Source: a bacterium (GTDB taxonomy: Bacteria > Margulisbacteria > WOR-1 > O2-12-FULL-45-9 > XYB2-FULL-48-7). Taken from it: a DNA stretch of 29,896 nucleotides. The stretch covers positions 1 through 29,896 of the forward strand of contig JBDRLW010000031.1 of assembly GCA_043812655.1 (NCBI GenBank). Reading direction: 5' to 3'. The notes under the pieces were generated by a model. It was not told the DNA's origin and ran no database searches. It saw only the letters and a program-made list of their open reading frames with translations. This document shows, piece by piece, positions 7,836 to 17,395 of the stretch; positions within the stretch are counted from its first letter, which is position 1; the number at the start of each line of letters is the position of its first letter. The translations under genes were made by a program, and so were the position numbers.

Positions 7836-10703
7836 ATGAAGCGAAAGCTCCTTTTATTGCTCTTGCTGGCCTGGTTGGTCATCCCCGCCGGCGCGGCGGA
7901 GTACGAAAGCGTGGAACTGATCAACCGGACCAACTGGGCCGGCTGGTTCGATAAGACGCTTGGCTATCTCTACGACAGCCACGGCTGCCTCCACTTTTCA
8001 CCGACTGATATTTACTTACTATATAAGACGATCCCGCCCGGACTCCCTTTAACAATAAAAAAATATAAAATAAAGGCAGATGACCCGCCGTTCGCCCTGG
8101 AAAAAGTTCCCTTCTTGTTTGAAAAGACAGATTCGCCGCAGGATATTGCCAAGCACGCGTTGACGTTCCAGAACTATCCGAGCGAACTGGTGGTCTATCC
8201 TTCACTTAATCTCCTCCTGATCATGGTCAATGGTTACCCTTATGCTAAAGTGACAGCCCTTTGCGGGCCGCCGGACGAATACCTGATGGCTTATGAGGTG
8301 CCGCGAGGCCAGCCGGTCGAATGGGATTTTATGCTGACCACACCGACTGACCCGGGGAAATATAAAGTCTTGCGGGTGACCGACCATTATTTGAGCAGCG
8401 CGTATTACCAAAATACGATCGTCCCTTTTGGCGCCTGGATCAAGAAACTTAATGGCGAGTGGTACTATCAGGAAGCGAAAAAATGGCGGCGGCTGCCGGA
8501 CAAGGTGGTTGCCGATCTGGCCCGTTCCGCGGAAAAAAGGATTTATAATTATTATGATATTAACCTGGATCAGAATGGGAAATTCGCCGCGGCCCGCTAT
8601 GCCGGCCACGACTTTGGCCGGTATGTCCTCCTCTGGACAGTTGACGGTAAGAGCCATTATCCGGAGATGGGATACGCGGCGGGCGAGCTGGTTTACGAAC
8701 AGATCGTTCTGGTCAAAGACCTGGTTCATCTTTTAACAGTGCCGGGCCCGGACGACCTTGACTCGGTTATCGCGCAGAACCGGAACTTTAAATATTACCG
8801 GGAGCTTTCCCGGCCTGGGAAAAAGGCGGAACTGCTGGCCCCGCTCCTGGCCGATCCGCGGGTAGCAAAAGCGGTGAAAGAATATGAAGAGCACCGGCTG
8901 CCGCGCAATAAAAGAGCGCGCTGGGAAGCGCTCGGGCTTTACCATTATTTGAGAGTGAACAGCCTGGTGATCGACAAGCAGGTGGGGTGGTATGAGCAGG
9001 TTAAAAACGACTGGGCGCTCTTCCGGGAACTGCGGGTAAAACTGCGGGAAGATTTTGACCGGCTGGGGATACTCTCTTTGGAGAACCGGCAAAATACCGT
9101 TGAAGAATGGCTAAACGACCGGCTGGTCTTTAAAAAAGCCGCGCCTCCGGAGCAGGCGAAATATCTGGGCGATCTCTCTTTTGCCGCGTTTTTCAAGCCG
9201 GATGAAGAGAGCCGGCTTTTTACCGAGCGTGAACGGGCGATCATGGTCGAGCAAGTCCGCAAAGCGGCAAAAGGGGAAGTCCAGGGGCTCGATCTTAACA
9301 TTGTCGATGCGCTGAACAAGTATAATTTTGGGGTTTTACTCAACGAGATATTGGGTGACTTGTATAAAAGCCACGGCTGCCTCCACGTTTCACCGCGCAA
9401 TATGGTTTTTCTCTATTCCCTCTTGCCGGTCGGGGCCCAGATGAAGGTTTACCAATATTCTGACCGGATCAGCCCGGAAGCTCTGGCCGCCATACCGTAC
9501 CTGGCGAACATGGTCAATTTTGAAGGCGACCTGGAAAAGCTGAAAGAACAACTGGCAGTGACCCGGGAAGTGCAGGTCGCGGTCTATCCCGCAACCGGCG
9601 ACTGGCTGATCTACCGGAATAGCGAACCTTTCGCCCGGCTGACGATCCGCGGCGGGCCGCAGACTAAATTCTATTTACTGCAGGGGAGGGATAAGCAGGG
9701 TAAACCGCAATTTGAAAGCCATCTGGCGTATCCGACCACACCGGGGAATTATTATATTTTCCAAAAGGTCGAGAATTACGTTTCCAATATCTATCACGAC
9801 CAGACGATCATCCCGATGGGCGGGACGATCAAATGGGAAAAAGGAAAATGGATCTTTCAGGATAAAGAGGGGAAATGGAAAGATCTCCCGGGAGCGGTGG
9901 CGTTTGACCTGAAGCGCCCCGCCGCCGACCGGGAATATACATATTATGATGTAGTGAAAAACCCGAGCGGGGAAGTGGTGGGGATGAAGTGGGGGAGCCA
10001 GCCGTTCGGCCGTTACGCGATCCAGACCACGGTTAACCGGAAGAGCGCCTGGCCGGAGCTGATCCACAGCTCGGGCGACCTGATCATGGAAGAGCGGCAG
10101 CTGGTCAACGACCTGATCAATATCCTGACCGCGCCGCATGATGAGCTGGATAAATGTATCAAATACAGCCAGCACTTTGAGCTTTACCGGACCTGCTACG
10201 AATTCACCAAAGATCCTGGCCGGACCGACCTGATCCAACCCAAAGAGCGGGCCGCTTACCGCTTATATTTTAAACTGCCGTTGACGACAGAAGAAAGATC
10301 TTTGCTGCCGCGGGACACGGTCAGCGCTTATAAAATATTAAGGAAAGAGCCGCTGAACAGTGAAGAGGAGAAACTGCTGGTCAGCGAAGGGTTGGCTTAC
10401 CGCCGGAGCGGCCAGCTGAAGATCAATATGGAAAAGATCCTCGGTCTGCAGTTCGACACTTATCAATATGTAGTGACGATCCAAAAGTACGCCAACCATT
10501 ACGCGACCCTGCAAAAACATTGGCCCGAGCTTTCCAGCCTGCGCCGCGCCCTGCTGAAAGATTTTAATAATTTCGTCATTAAAGATCCCCAGTTGTTCCA
10601 CAACTTTATGCGCGAGCTGATGCTGGAGCGGAACCGCCTGGCCAAACTATCCCAGGAAGGGGCAATAAAGCTTTTAAACAAGATGTTGATCGTTCCGGAA
10701 TAG
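7836..10703 (+). CDS. Exported protein with two tandem L,D-transpeptidase (YkuD)-like repeats in permuted order
   Basis: Signal peptide. SHGCLH at aa 48 and aa 512. YkuD-type TPTDPGKYKV and YPTTPGNYYIF motifs. Internal repeat period 464 aa. Confidence 0.8.
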   Translation: MKRKLLLLLLLAWLVIPAGAAEYESVELINRTNWAGWFDKTLGYLYDSHGCLHFSPTDIYLLYKTIPPGLPLTIKKYKIKADDPPFALEKVPFLFEKTDSPQDIAKHALTFQNYPSELVVYPSLNLLLIMVNGYPYAKVTALCGPPDEYLMAYEVPRGQPVEWDFMLTTPTDPGKYKVLRVTDHYLSSAYYQNTIVPFGAWIKKLNGEWYYQEAKKWRRLPDKVVADLARSAEKRIYNYYDINLDQNGKFAAARYAGHDFGRYVLLWTVDGKSHYPEMGYAAGELVYEQIVLVKDLVHLLTVPGPDDLDSVIAQNRNFKYYRELSRPGKKAELLAPLLADPRVAKAVKEYEEHRLPRNKRARWEALGLYHYLRVNSLVIDKQVGWYEQVKNDWALFRELRVKLREDFDRLGILSLENRQNTVEEWLNDRLVFKKAAPPEQAKYLGDLSFAAFFKPDEESRLFTERERAIMVEQVRKAAKGEVQGLDLNIVDALNKYNFGVLLNEILGDLYKSHGCLHVSPRNMVFLYSLLPVGAQMKVYQYSDRISPEALAAIPYLANMVNFEGDLEKLKEQLAVTREVQVAVYPATGDWLIYRNSEPFARLTIRGGPQTKFYLLQGRDKQGKPQFESHLAYPTTPGNYYIFQKVENYVSNIYHDQTIIPMGGTIKWEKGKWIFQDKEGKWKDLPGAVAFDLKRPAADREYTYYDVVKNPSGEVVGMKWGSQPFGRYAIQTTVNRKSAWPELIHSSGDLIMEERQLVNDLINILTAPHDELDKCIKYSQHFELYRTCYEFTKDPGRTDLIQPKERAAYRLYFKLPLTTEERSLLPRDTVSAYKILRKEPLNSEEEKLLVSEGLAYRRSGQLKINMEKILGLQFDTYQYVVTIQKYANHYATLQKHWPELSSLRRALLKDFNNFVIKDPQLFHNFMRELMLERNRLAKLSQEGAIKLLNKMLIVPE

Positions 10704-10732
10704 AGTTGTGGTCTCTAGCGGCGAGAGCCCGG

Positions 10733-11875
10733 TTAGAAATCGTGGTTTATGATCGCCCGAAAACTAGTGTAATTGGCTCTACCTGTATCAAGGGAATTAT
10801 TGACCACTGCTCCGCGCAGGCGGAGGATAAGATGCTGGTCGAATTGAAAAGATAAAGTCAGGTCAGTTTCCAGCTGGTCCGGGTCGGCAAAAGAACCTTT
10901 ATCAAGCAGATAAGAACGAGTATGGTAAAGGGAGGCTGATAGCGCGGCTGGGCCGACTTTACCAAAATCAGTCACTCCCCCGACTGTCACGGCCTGCTCT
11001 CCCGCCAGGTCGTTGTCCTCTTCGATAATGGAAGTAAAGCCGGGATAAGCGCCCCAGGGATTGACGATATCATGGTTTTTATTGGTCGAAGTAAAAGCCA
11101 GGGAAAAACCGGGTCCTTTACTTAGCGTGTACTTGGCCTGCAGGCCGTACATTCCCGTCGTGAAATTCCCGCCGATCGCTTGGCCCAGGCTGCGCTGGTC
11201 AAAACTTTGAAAGGAAGCGGAAATAATGTTGCCATTAGGCAATTGCCAATTCCCATCCGCTTGCGTATACATAACATTCATGAAATCATCACAAAAATAT
11301 TCCCAGACTTGCAGTTGAATGTTTTCCCGCGGGGCCAGGACCAGGCCGCCTAGGCTGACCGGCTTATTAGACAGCGGTTTAAATTCTGTTTCTGTCCACC
11401 CTTTTATTTTGGTCAGATGAGAAAAAACTACTGAAGCTTTTGGGGAAAGCTGGCTTTTAACCGTGTAAGCTTCGACCAGGACCGGTGTCATTTTTACGTC
11501 AAAAGTGTTGATAAAAGGAGTATCAAGAGCTTGCCGAAAAAGAATGATATCCGTCTTCCCCGCCTTCGCGTTGAGATTTGCCTGTCCCAAGACTAAATAG
11601 CCTTTTTGCGCGGGAGTTAGCAGGCCGCCGCCGCCATGGTTAGAGTCGGTAAAGATCGATCCCTGTGACGTATAGGCTGCTAGCCGCAGGTTCACTCCCT
11701 GCCAAACTTGGGCGTCATATTGCAACCAGCCGCCGACCGCCAAACTTTCTTGAGAGGCCGGCGTGCTGTAATAGCGGTTGAGATAGAACGACCGGAAATT
11801 CCCGGAAAGATCGGCCCAGGCCGAACCGGCAACAAAGGCCGCTAAAAAAACTGAAGCAAGAACTTTTTTAACCAT
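10733..11875 (-). CDS. Outer membrane porin, OprD-like family
   Basis: Signal peptide, LGQA...RQALDTPFIN..D.KM.P motif, beta-strand pattern and C-terminal Phe. Confidence 0.75.
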   Translation of the reverse strand: MVKKVLASVFLAAFVAGSAWADLSGNFRSFYLNRYYSTPASQESLAVGGWLQYDAQVWQGVNLRLAAYTSQGSIFTDSNHGGGGLLTPAQKGYLVLGQANLNAKAGKTDIILFRQALDTPFINTFDVKMTPVLVEAYTVKSQLSPKASVVFSHLTKIKGWTETEFKPLSNKPVSLGGLVLAPRENIQLQVWEYFCDDFMNVMYTQADGNWQLPNGNIISASFQSFDQRSLGQAIGGNFTTGMYGLQAKYTLSKGPGFSLAFTSTNKNHDIVNPWGAYPGFTSIIEEDNDLAGEQAVTVGGVTDFGKVGPAALSASLYHTRSYLLDKGSFADPDQLETDLTLSFQFDQHLILRLRGAVVNNSLDTGRANYTSFRAIINHDF

Positions 11876-13605
11876 TACATCCCGGCCGGCTTTTTATAAG
11901 CGGTTGGGCCTTGCTCATAACCGACTTCCTTAAGCCACCAACCAGGATAAAAAACTGCCTGGGCCATGCCGGCTTTGGTGTTAAGGTAGCCGTCATTGTA
12001 TTTGAGATAAAGCTGGTCGGCAAGATCCCACCAGTCGCTAAGCACGGCCTCGGCGTTTTTACTACAGTAACTGGTGAGCAGGGCGCGGGCGCCGGATTCA
12101 TCGCCTTTTTTCCAAAGAGCGAGTGCCTGGCGTTCCCGGTCAGCCTGAGTGCCAAAAGCCTGTGCTTCGAAACGGTCGCGCACGGATTGGATATCTTTGA
12201 TCATATAGGAGTATTTGAGCATGGCATAGTTGGCGACGAAATTGAAAGCTGTCCACATGCTTTTACGGTCATATTTAAGCAAGTCGGCAGTTTGAACGGG
12301 TTTGGGGAGGTTGGTGACGCCGGCATATAACGGCATAAGCACCGCGGTGGACGGCCGGTCAGGCCCGAACCAGGTCAAGCCGCCGATAGCGTCAGGGAAT
12401 TGGCTGCGCGATTGGTTGACGTAGGCATAGACGCAACGATAAATGTTCAGAGGCCGTTCGAATTCGCCTTTGACCGTGGTCAGGCGGCCTTCTTTGTCGG
12501 CTACCGCTTCGGCCTGTCCCTCAAAGCGATAAGGGCAACCAAAGGGTCCGGCAGCCAAACCCTTGGTCAGATCAAATTCGGTCCCTTCGTAGTTGTCGCG
12601 GTGGATGGAAAATATATTCTCGACCGTAAGCTTCTGGTCCGGCTTGATCGAAAATAAGTAAGTGCGGGTTAAAGGCCCTTCCACCCAAGCGGGAAGATCG
12701 AGCGAAGGCGCTACTAGTGTTTGGGCGCGCCATACCCGGCGCAGAGAATAGTAGGGATGATGGAACTCGCCATCGCCATAGACCGCTGTCCAGTCTAGCG
12801 GGCCATCTGCCGGCTTCCACCACCCTTTTTTCTGCGCCGCTGCAAAGATGTTTTTTGAATACATCATGTCTGCGGCGTCCGGACGGATATCACGGATCCG
12901 GAATTGATTGGCGGCGACAAAGAACTCATTGTCGGGCACGCGCTGGGCGACCCAGACGCCATCGGTCCCGTCCATATCATAACCGCACATTTCCATGACC
13001 CAGCCTTCATTGGGATCCGCTACGAGCAGAGTTTCGCCTGTCCCGTAATAACCGTATTTTTCGATCAGCTCCCCCATCAGGGCGACAGCTTCGCGGGCTG
13101 AAGTGCAGCGCTCCAGCGCCACGCGGGAAAGCTCGGCGGAATAGAAAATGCGCTTGTCGGACTCAGGCAGCGGGTGGACCTTGGCTTTATCAGTACATTC
13201 GCCAATGGATACCTGGTGTTCGTTCATAATGCCGTAGTTGGCGTCAAAATAAGCATAAGTTTTCGCGACTTGTGGGATGTATCCCAGCGGCACAGAGGGA
13301 GGATCTCCGGGTGTATCGTATCCCGGTCCGCGGTCCTTGGTCACAAGGCGGTGACTTTCGGTAGCGCCATATTGGGGCATATAACCAAGCGCGCAGTGCG
13401 CATAGAAAACCGGCCGCAAGGCGCCAGGCTTGTGCTGTTTCGCGGGAACGTAAATAAGCCGTCCGTCACCCAGCCCGTCGTCAGAATGCGAAACCATTAC
13501 GGAACCGTCTTTTGATGCATCTTTTCCGACCAGAATAGTGGTGCAAGCCAGAACCGGGGAGAGCAGTAAGGCAGCGGACAGGAACGAAATAATTATTTTC
13601 TTCAT
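11875..13605 (-). CDS. C69 family dipeptidase (Ntn-hydrolase), exported
   Basis: Signal peptide then nucleophile CTTILVGKDASKDGS, MNEHQVSIGECT, WVAQRVPD, VAANQFRI and YSLRRVWR. Confidence 0.9.
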   Translation of the reverse strand: MKKIIISFLSAALLLSPVLACTTILVGKDASKDGSVMVSHSDDGLGDGRLIYVPAKQHKPGALRPVFYAHCALGYMPQYGATESHRLVTKDRGPGYDTPGDPPSVPLGYIPQVAKTYAYFDANYGIMNEHQVSIGECTDKAKVHPLPESDKRIFYSAELSRVALERCTSAREAVALMGELIEKYGYYGTGETLLVADPNEGWVMEMCGYDMDGTDGVWVAQRVPDNEFFVAANQFRIRDIRPDAADMMYSKNIFAAAQKKGWWKPADGPLDWTAVYGDGEFHHPYYSLRRVWRAQTLVAPSLDLPAWVEGPLTRTYLFSIKPDQKLTVENIFSIHRDNYEGTEFDLTKGLAAGPFGCPYRFEGQAEAVADKEGRLTTVKGEFERPLNIYRCVYAYVNQSRSQFPDAIGGLTWFGPDRPSTAVLMPLYAGVTNLPKPVQTADLLKYDRKSMWTAFNFVANYAMLKYSYMIKDIQSVRDRFEAQAFGTQADRERQALALWKKGDESGARALLTSYCSKNAEAVLSDWWDLADQLYLKYNDGYLNTKAGMAQAVFYPGWWLKEVGYEQGPTAYKKPAGM

Positions 13606-13617
13606 CGTTTATGCCTC

Positions 13618-15024
13618 CTATTTTATTAATATTTCTGTTCTACCCCGGGGATCTTCCCGTTTTTTATAGAACAGTTTCCGGGCAGAGATATTTTTGGTAT
13701 CCAATGAAGCACTTCCTTCAGCGGATATAACCAGGGAAGAAGCGGGGAAGGGGACAACCACATAACCATAGAGATCATTATTAAGAGGATAGCGGCCCAT
13801 GATCATTTCGGCCAAGGAGCCCTTTATTTCAAGGTCGGAAGACGCGGGGGAGCGGAATTTCCCAGCCAGGCTGACGATAAACCGGCGCGGCGTCCCGTTA
13901 TCGTAATAAGCAAAGAAACTTTTCCGGTTCCAGGTCCCGCCGACCGCCCAATCAAGCGGCAGAAGCAAGCTGGAATATTCGGTCGTTCCCGTCTCCTGGA
14001 AAAAGCGTCCCAGTAAAGAGCCTAATTCCCGGTTTTTGTTTTGGTAATAGTTATCTACTTTCTCTATAATGGTCGGATCCTGGAATGTAGGAAGGGGCGG
14101 CGCGTTCTCGGCCAAGATATCCATCGGTGTTTTGCCCTGGGCGACTTTTTCCTGCCAGCCGGGGACTTTGATCCTTTCCAGTGCCAGCCCGGCCATTGCC
14201 CCGATGGCGTATGATTCACCTTCTTTGAGCGAGCCCTGGTAGAGGAAATTATTATATTTATTTTTCCAGCGGCGGGCCAATCTTTTCCTGACGTCGGCCA
14301 ATATGGCTTCATTAGACGCCGCTATGCCCAGCCGCCCCAGCGCGGCCCCCAACAACCCCACATAATCGGCGGAACCCTCGATCCGATCGGTATATTCCTG
14401 CTCTTTTTTTTCGGCCGGAAATTCGAGGCAATATTTATTGTGCCAATAAACGGCCTCTCCCAGGCTGGCGCTGCTATTGCCCCGGATATGTTCATAAAGG
14501 GAGTTCATTAATTCACGGCGGAGAAGACGGGGCTCGATCTTTTCCGGGTAGACATCTCCCCGCCAGCCGTTTTCTTTATCCTTGGCCCAACCGGCCTGGC
14601 CGACCAGATGGAAACCTTCGTGGCAGATCAATTCCAATATTTCATCGATATCATTATTATAATCATTAACGCAAACCACCAGGATATCCCGGCCTTTCCA
14701 CCGGCTGATATGCCAATAAGAGCAGTCTGAAAGTTCGGCCGGAAGTTGGTTCTTCCAGGTTTTAACGAGCAGCCTATTTCCCTCCGTATTCCAGAGGTAG
14801 GTGAAGCTGTCTTGCCGGCCGACGATCGCCACCTGCAGTTTAGCCCAGGGGGTTCCGGGCCAGACTCGGCTTGATTGACCAAGCAGGGCAGTGTTGAGCG
14901 CTTGGCCGATAATTCGTGCATCTTCACCGCCAGAAGTGTAAAGTCGTTTTACTTCATCGGCGGCAAAAAGGGAACCGGCCAAACAAAAAGAAAGAAGGGC
15001 AATGATGATTAGTTTATTTTTCAT
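13618..15024 (-). CDS. Exported putative gluzincin-type zinc metallopeptidase
   Basis: Signal peptide, HEGFH (HEXXH) and downstream EGSADY third-ligand motif, later SY..G motif. Confidence 0.6.
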   Translation of the reverse strand: MKNKLIIIALLSFCLAGSLFAADEVKRLYTSGGEDARIIGQALNTALLGQSSRVWPGTPWAKLQVAIVGRQDSFTYLWNTEGNRLLVKTWKNQLPAELSDCSYWHISRWKGRDILVVCVNDYNNDIDEILELICHEGFHLVGQAGWAKDKENGWRGDVYPEKIEPRLLRRELMNSLYEHIRGNSSASLGEAVYWHNKYCLEFPAEKKEQEYTDRIEGSADYVGLLGAALGRLGIAASNEAILADVRKRLARRWKNKYNNFLYQGSLKEGESYAIGAMAGLALERIKVPGWQEKVAQGKTPMDILAENAPPLPTFQDPTIIEKVDNYYQNKNRELGSLLGRFFQETGTTEYSSLLLPLDWAVGGTWNRKSFFAYYDNGTPRRFIVSLAGKFRSPASSDLEIKGSLAEMIMGRYPLNNDLYGYVVVPFPASSLVISAEGSASLDTKNISARKLFYKKREDPRGRTEILIK

Positions 15025-15030
15025 GCCGCC

Positions 15031-15059
15031 ATTTTCGCATCACCACCTGTCGGTGTCAA
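15031..15059 (-). promoter_or_regulatory. TTGACA-N17-GAAAAT promoter element (copy 1), leaderless
   Basis: TTGACA ccgacaggtggtgatgc GAAAAT ggcggc ATG(15024). Confidence 0.7.
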
Positions 15060-15094
15060 TGGAGAGAAATATGATTTTCGCGCCGCTTGGCGAT

Positions 15095-15123
15095 TGACAT
15101 GACACATGATAAAAAGATATAGT
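15095..15123 (+). promoter_or_regulatory. Canonical sigma70 promoter of the carboxylesterase gene
   Basis: TTGACA-N17-TATAGT upstream of SD GGAGG and ATG 15157. Confidence 0.65.
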
Positions 15124-15156
15124 TTTAGCGCTGTTTATTTTGGATTGGAGGAAAAA

Positions 15157-16680
15157 ATGAAAAGATCGATCTTTGTTGTTTTGCTTGCCCTATTATTTTT
15201 TTCCGTTTCGTTCGCGGCCGAGATCATTAAGCTTGACAGCGGGCCGATCAGCGGGCGGGCGGCTGATGGTTTGCGTATCTATCTTGGCATCCCTTACGCC
15301 GCGCCGCCGGTGGGGGAGCTCCGCTGGAAACCGCCGCAACCGGTCCAGCCGTGGACAGAGGTCAGGGAGTGCTTGGCTTTTGGCCCTTCGTGCCCGCAGC
15401 CGGAAGTTGAAAAGGTGGGGAAAACCAGCGAGGACTGTTTATATATTAACGTCTGGACGCCGGCCAAAAAACCTAAAGAGAAATTGCCGGTCATGGTTTT
15501 TATTTACGGCGGCGCCTTCACCGTGGGGTCGGCAACGGAGCCTGACTACGATGGCGCTAACCTGGCCCAAAGGGGAGTAGTGGCGGTCACTTTCAACTAT
15601 CGCGTCGGGCCCTTCGGTTTTCTGGCGCATCCGCTCCTCTCTGCCGAGTCTCCCCAAGGGATCTCCGGCAACTATGGCCTAATGGACCAAACTGCCGCGC
15701 TTAAATGGGTGCGGAGGAACATTGCGGCTTTTGGCGGCGATCCCGAAAAAGTTACGATCTTTGGCGAGTCGGCCGGATCAATTTCTGTTTGCCTGCAATT
15801 GATAATGCCAATGTCCCAGGGCCTCTTTTGCGGCGCCATTGCCGAAAGCGCCGGACCATATGGGATAAGCTACCTGCTGCCCAATGCCGACGGGTCGCTG
15901 GAAAAAGCCTTGGACATGGGGCAGGAATTTTCACAAGCGCTTAAGGCCAACACGTTAACGGAGATGAGAAAAAAGACCAGCGCCGAGATCTTGCAGATAT
16001 TTAATTTTTCGATCTCGCCATTTTCTCCAGGCATGATGTTTGCCCCGGTGATCGATGGCCAGGTCATACCGGCGGAGCCGGAAAAATTATATGCCAAGGG
16101 CCAACAAGCGGCGGTGCCGACCATCACAGGCTCCAATGCCGACGAAGGGAACCTTTTTTTTACTGGCGCGTCAATTAAAGATTATAAAACATGGCTCGAA
16201 AGCCTCTTCGGCCAACACGCGGACGAGGTTTTTGCCCTGTTCCCGGCGACCGAAGAGGGCGAAGTCAGAGGCGCTTTCAATCATCTCTTAACCGCGGCGA
16301 TGTTCGCGGAGCCGGCCCGTTTCGTGGCTAGGGCGCAGGAGAAAAAAGGGTGCCGTTCTTTCCTCTATCAATTCACCCGCGTTTCGGCCACCGCCATGGC
16401 GCAAAAGCTCGGCGCTTATCATTCGGTTGAACTTCCTTATGTCTTTGGCCACTTAAAAGAAGAGGGATATAGTAAGGTTGACCAAAAGCTTTCCGACCAG
16501 ATCATCGCTTATTGGACTAATTTTGCCAAAACCGGCGATCCGAATGGCCCGGGCCTGCCTGTCTGGCCGGTATATAATAGTAAGGGAGACGAAAATCTTG
16601 AATTCGGCGACAAGATCAGGTTAAATAAAGAGCTGCTTAAAAAAGAATGTGACCTTATCCGCCGGATCAAACCAGACTGA
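15157..16680 (+). CDS. Type B carboxylesterase (pNB-esterase-like), exported
   Basis: GIPYAAPPVGELRWKPP, SEDCLYINVW, GESAG nucleophile, NADEG acid, H in AYHSVEL. Start reassigned to ATG 15157 (SD GGAGG, signal peptide). Confidence 0.93.
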   Translation: MKRSIFVVLLALLFFSVSFAAEIIKLDSGPISGRAADGLRIYLGIPYAAPPVGELRWKPPQPVQPWTEVRECLAFGPSCPQPEVEKVGKTSEDCLYINVWTPAKKPKEKLPVMVFIYGGAFTVGSATEPDYDGANLAQRGVVAVTFNYRVGPFGFLAHPLLSAESPQGISGNYGLMDQTAALKWVRRNIAAFGGDPEKVTIFGESAGSISVCLQLIMPMSQGLFCGAIAESAGPYGISYLLPNADGSLEKALDMGQEFSQALKANTLTEMRKKTSAEILQIFNFSISPFSPGMMFAPVIDGQVIPAEPEKLYAKGQQAAVPTITGSNADEGNLFFTGASIKDYKTWLESLFGQHADEVFALFPATEEGEVRGAFNHLLTAAMFAEPARFVARAQEKKGCRSFLYQFTRVSATAMAQKLGAYHSVELPYVFGHLKEEGYSKVDQKLSDQIIAYWTNFAKTGDPNGPGLPVWPVYNSKGDENLEFGDKIRLNKELLKKECDLIRRIKPD

Positions 16681-16707
16681 ATGGGGTGGCAGTCATCTTA
16701 TCTCTAA

Positions 16708-16770
16708 TTACTTTTGCGGCATGAAGGTGAAGGTCGCGGCTTTTTCCCCGATCTTAACTTTCAAAGTTAT
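16708..16770 (-). pseudogene. 3' remnant of a homolog of the lipoprotein gene at 26597..27220
   Basis: Translates ITLKVKIGEKAATFTFMPQK*, against ITLKVKIGEKAETFIFYPRKI* in the intact gene. In-frame TAA four codons upstream. Confidence 0.85.
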
Positions 16771-16840
16771 AGCCTCTTTTTATTTTTGTGATTAACAAAT
16801 AATTTTACTGTAGGTTTGTCAATGGGGGAAAGATTAATAT

Positions 16841-16970
16841 AAATTCCAAGCACCAAGCTCCAAATTCCAAACAATACCAAAGCATCAAATCTCAAATATT
16901 AAACGTTTTGGTGATTGAATATTGTAATTTTGGAATTGTTTGTTATTTGTAATTTGTTGTTTGGAGCTTG
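16841..16970. repeat. Imperfect inverted repeat built of about 7-nt units (C/A-rich arm and G/T-rich arm)
   Basis: AAATTCC AAGCACC AAGCTCC AAATTCC ... TTGTTTG TTATTTG TAATTTG TTGTTTG GAGCTTG. Perfect 11-bp IR 16854-16864 / 16960-16970. Central palindrome AAACGTTT. Confidence 0.75.
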
Positions 16971-16999
16971 CCCCACAGCAGGTGTTATAATAAGCAACA

Positions 17000-17395
17000 A
17001 TGAGGATCTATCTCGTTCGCCACGGTGAAGCTGTCCCGGCCGAAGTCGACCCGAAGCGTCCGCTCAGCGCCCGGGGACGGAATGAAGTGGAGGGAGCGGT
17101 CCGGGAATTAATGGCCGAGGGAGCGAAGATCTCCGAGATCTGGCACAGCGAGAAGCTGCGCGCCAAGCAGACAGCGCAGATCATCGCCCGCGACCTGGGG
17201 ATTAAGGTGGTGATCGAGAAAAAGGGGCTGAAACCTGACGACGATCCGGGGCCGATCGCCGACCTCCTTCGCGCGGCCAACAAAACAATCCTCATTGCTG
17301 GGCACTTGCCGTTTTTGCCGAAATTGGCTAAGTTGCTAGATCCGAAGATGGGGAAAGTTGAGCTGGGGACGGGGGAAGTGGTGAAGATTTCGTAA
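17000..17395 (+). CDS. sixA: Phosphohistidine phosphatase SixA
   Basis: IYLVRHGEA, RPLS..G, S.KLRAKQTA and AGHLP. Preceded by TGtTATAAT 8 nt before the ATG (leaderless-like). Confidence 0.9.
   Translation: MRIYLVRHGEAVPAEVDPKRPLSARGRNEVEGAVRELMAEGAKISEIWHSEKLRAKQTAQIIARDLGIKVVIEKKGLKPDDDPGPIADLLRAANKTILIAGHLPFLPKLAKLLDPKMGKVELGTGEVVKIS

Noticed and set aside
7760..7933. N-terminal extension of ORF 7079..7933
   Set aside because: It overlaps the divergent gene and promoters. SD, promoter and signal peptide all point to ATG 7759.
16794..16822. TTGACA on the minus strand near the gene remnant as a sixth promoter copy
   Set aside because: The hexamer 17 nt downstream is TTTGTT, not a -10 box, and no ORF follows.
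16841..16970. CRISPR array or tRNA
   Set aside because: There are no identical 23-47 nt repeats with unique spacers and no cloverleaf or T-loop motif.
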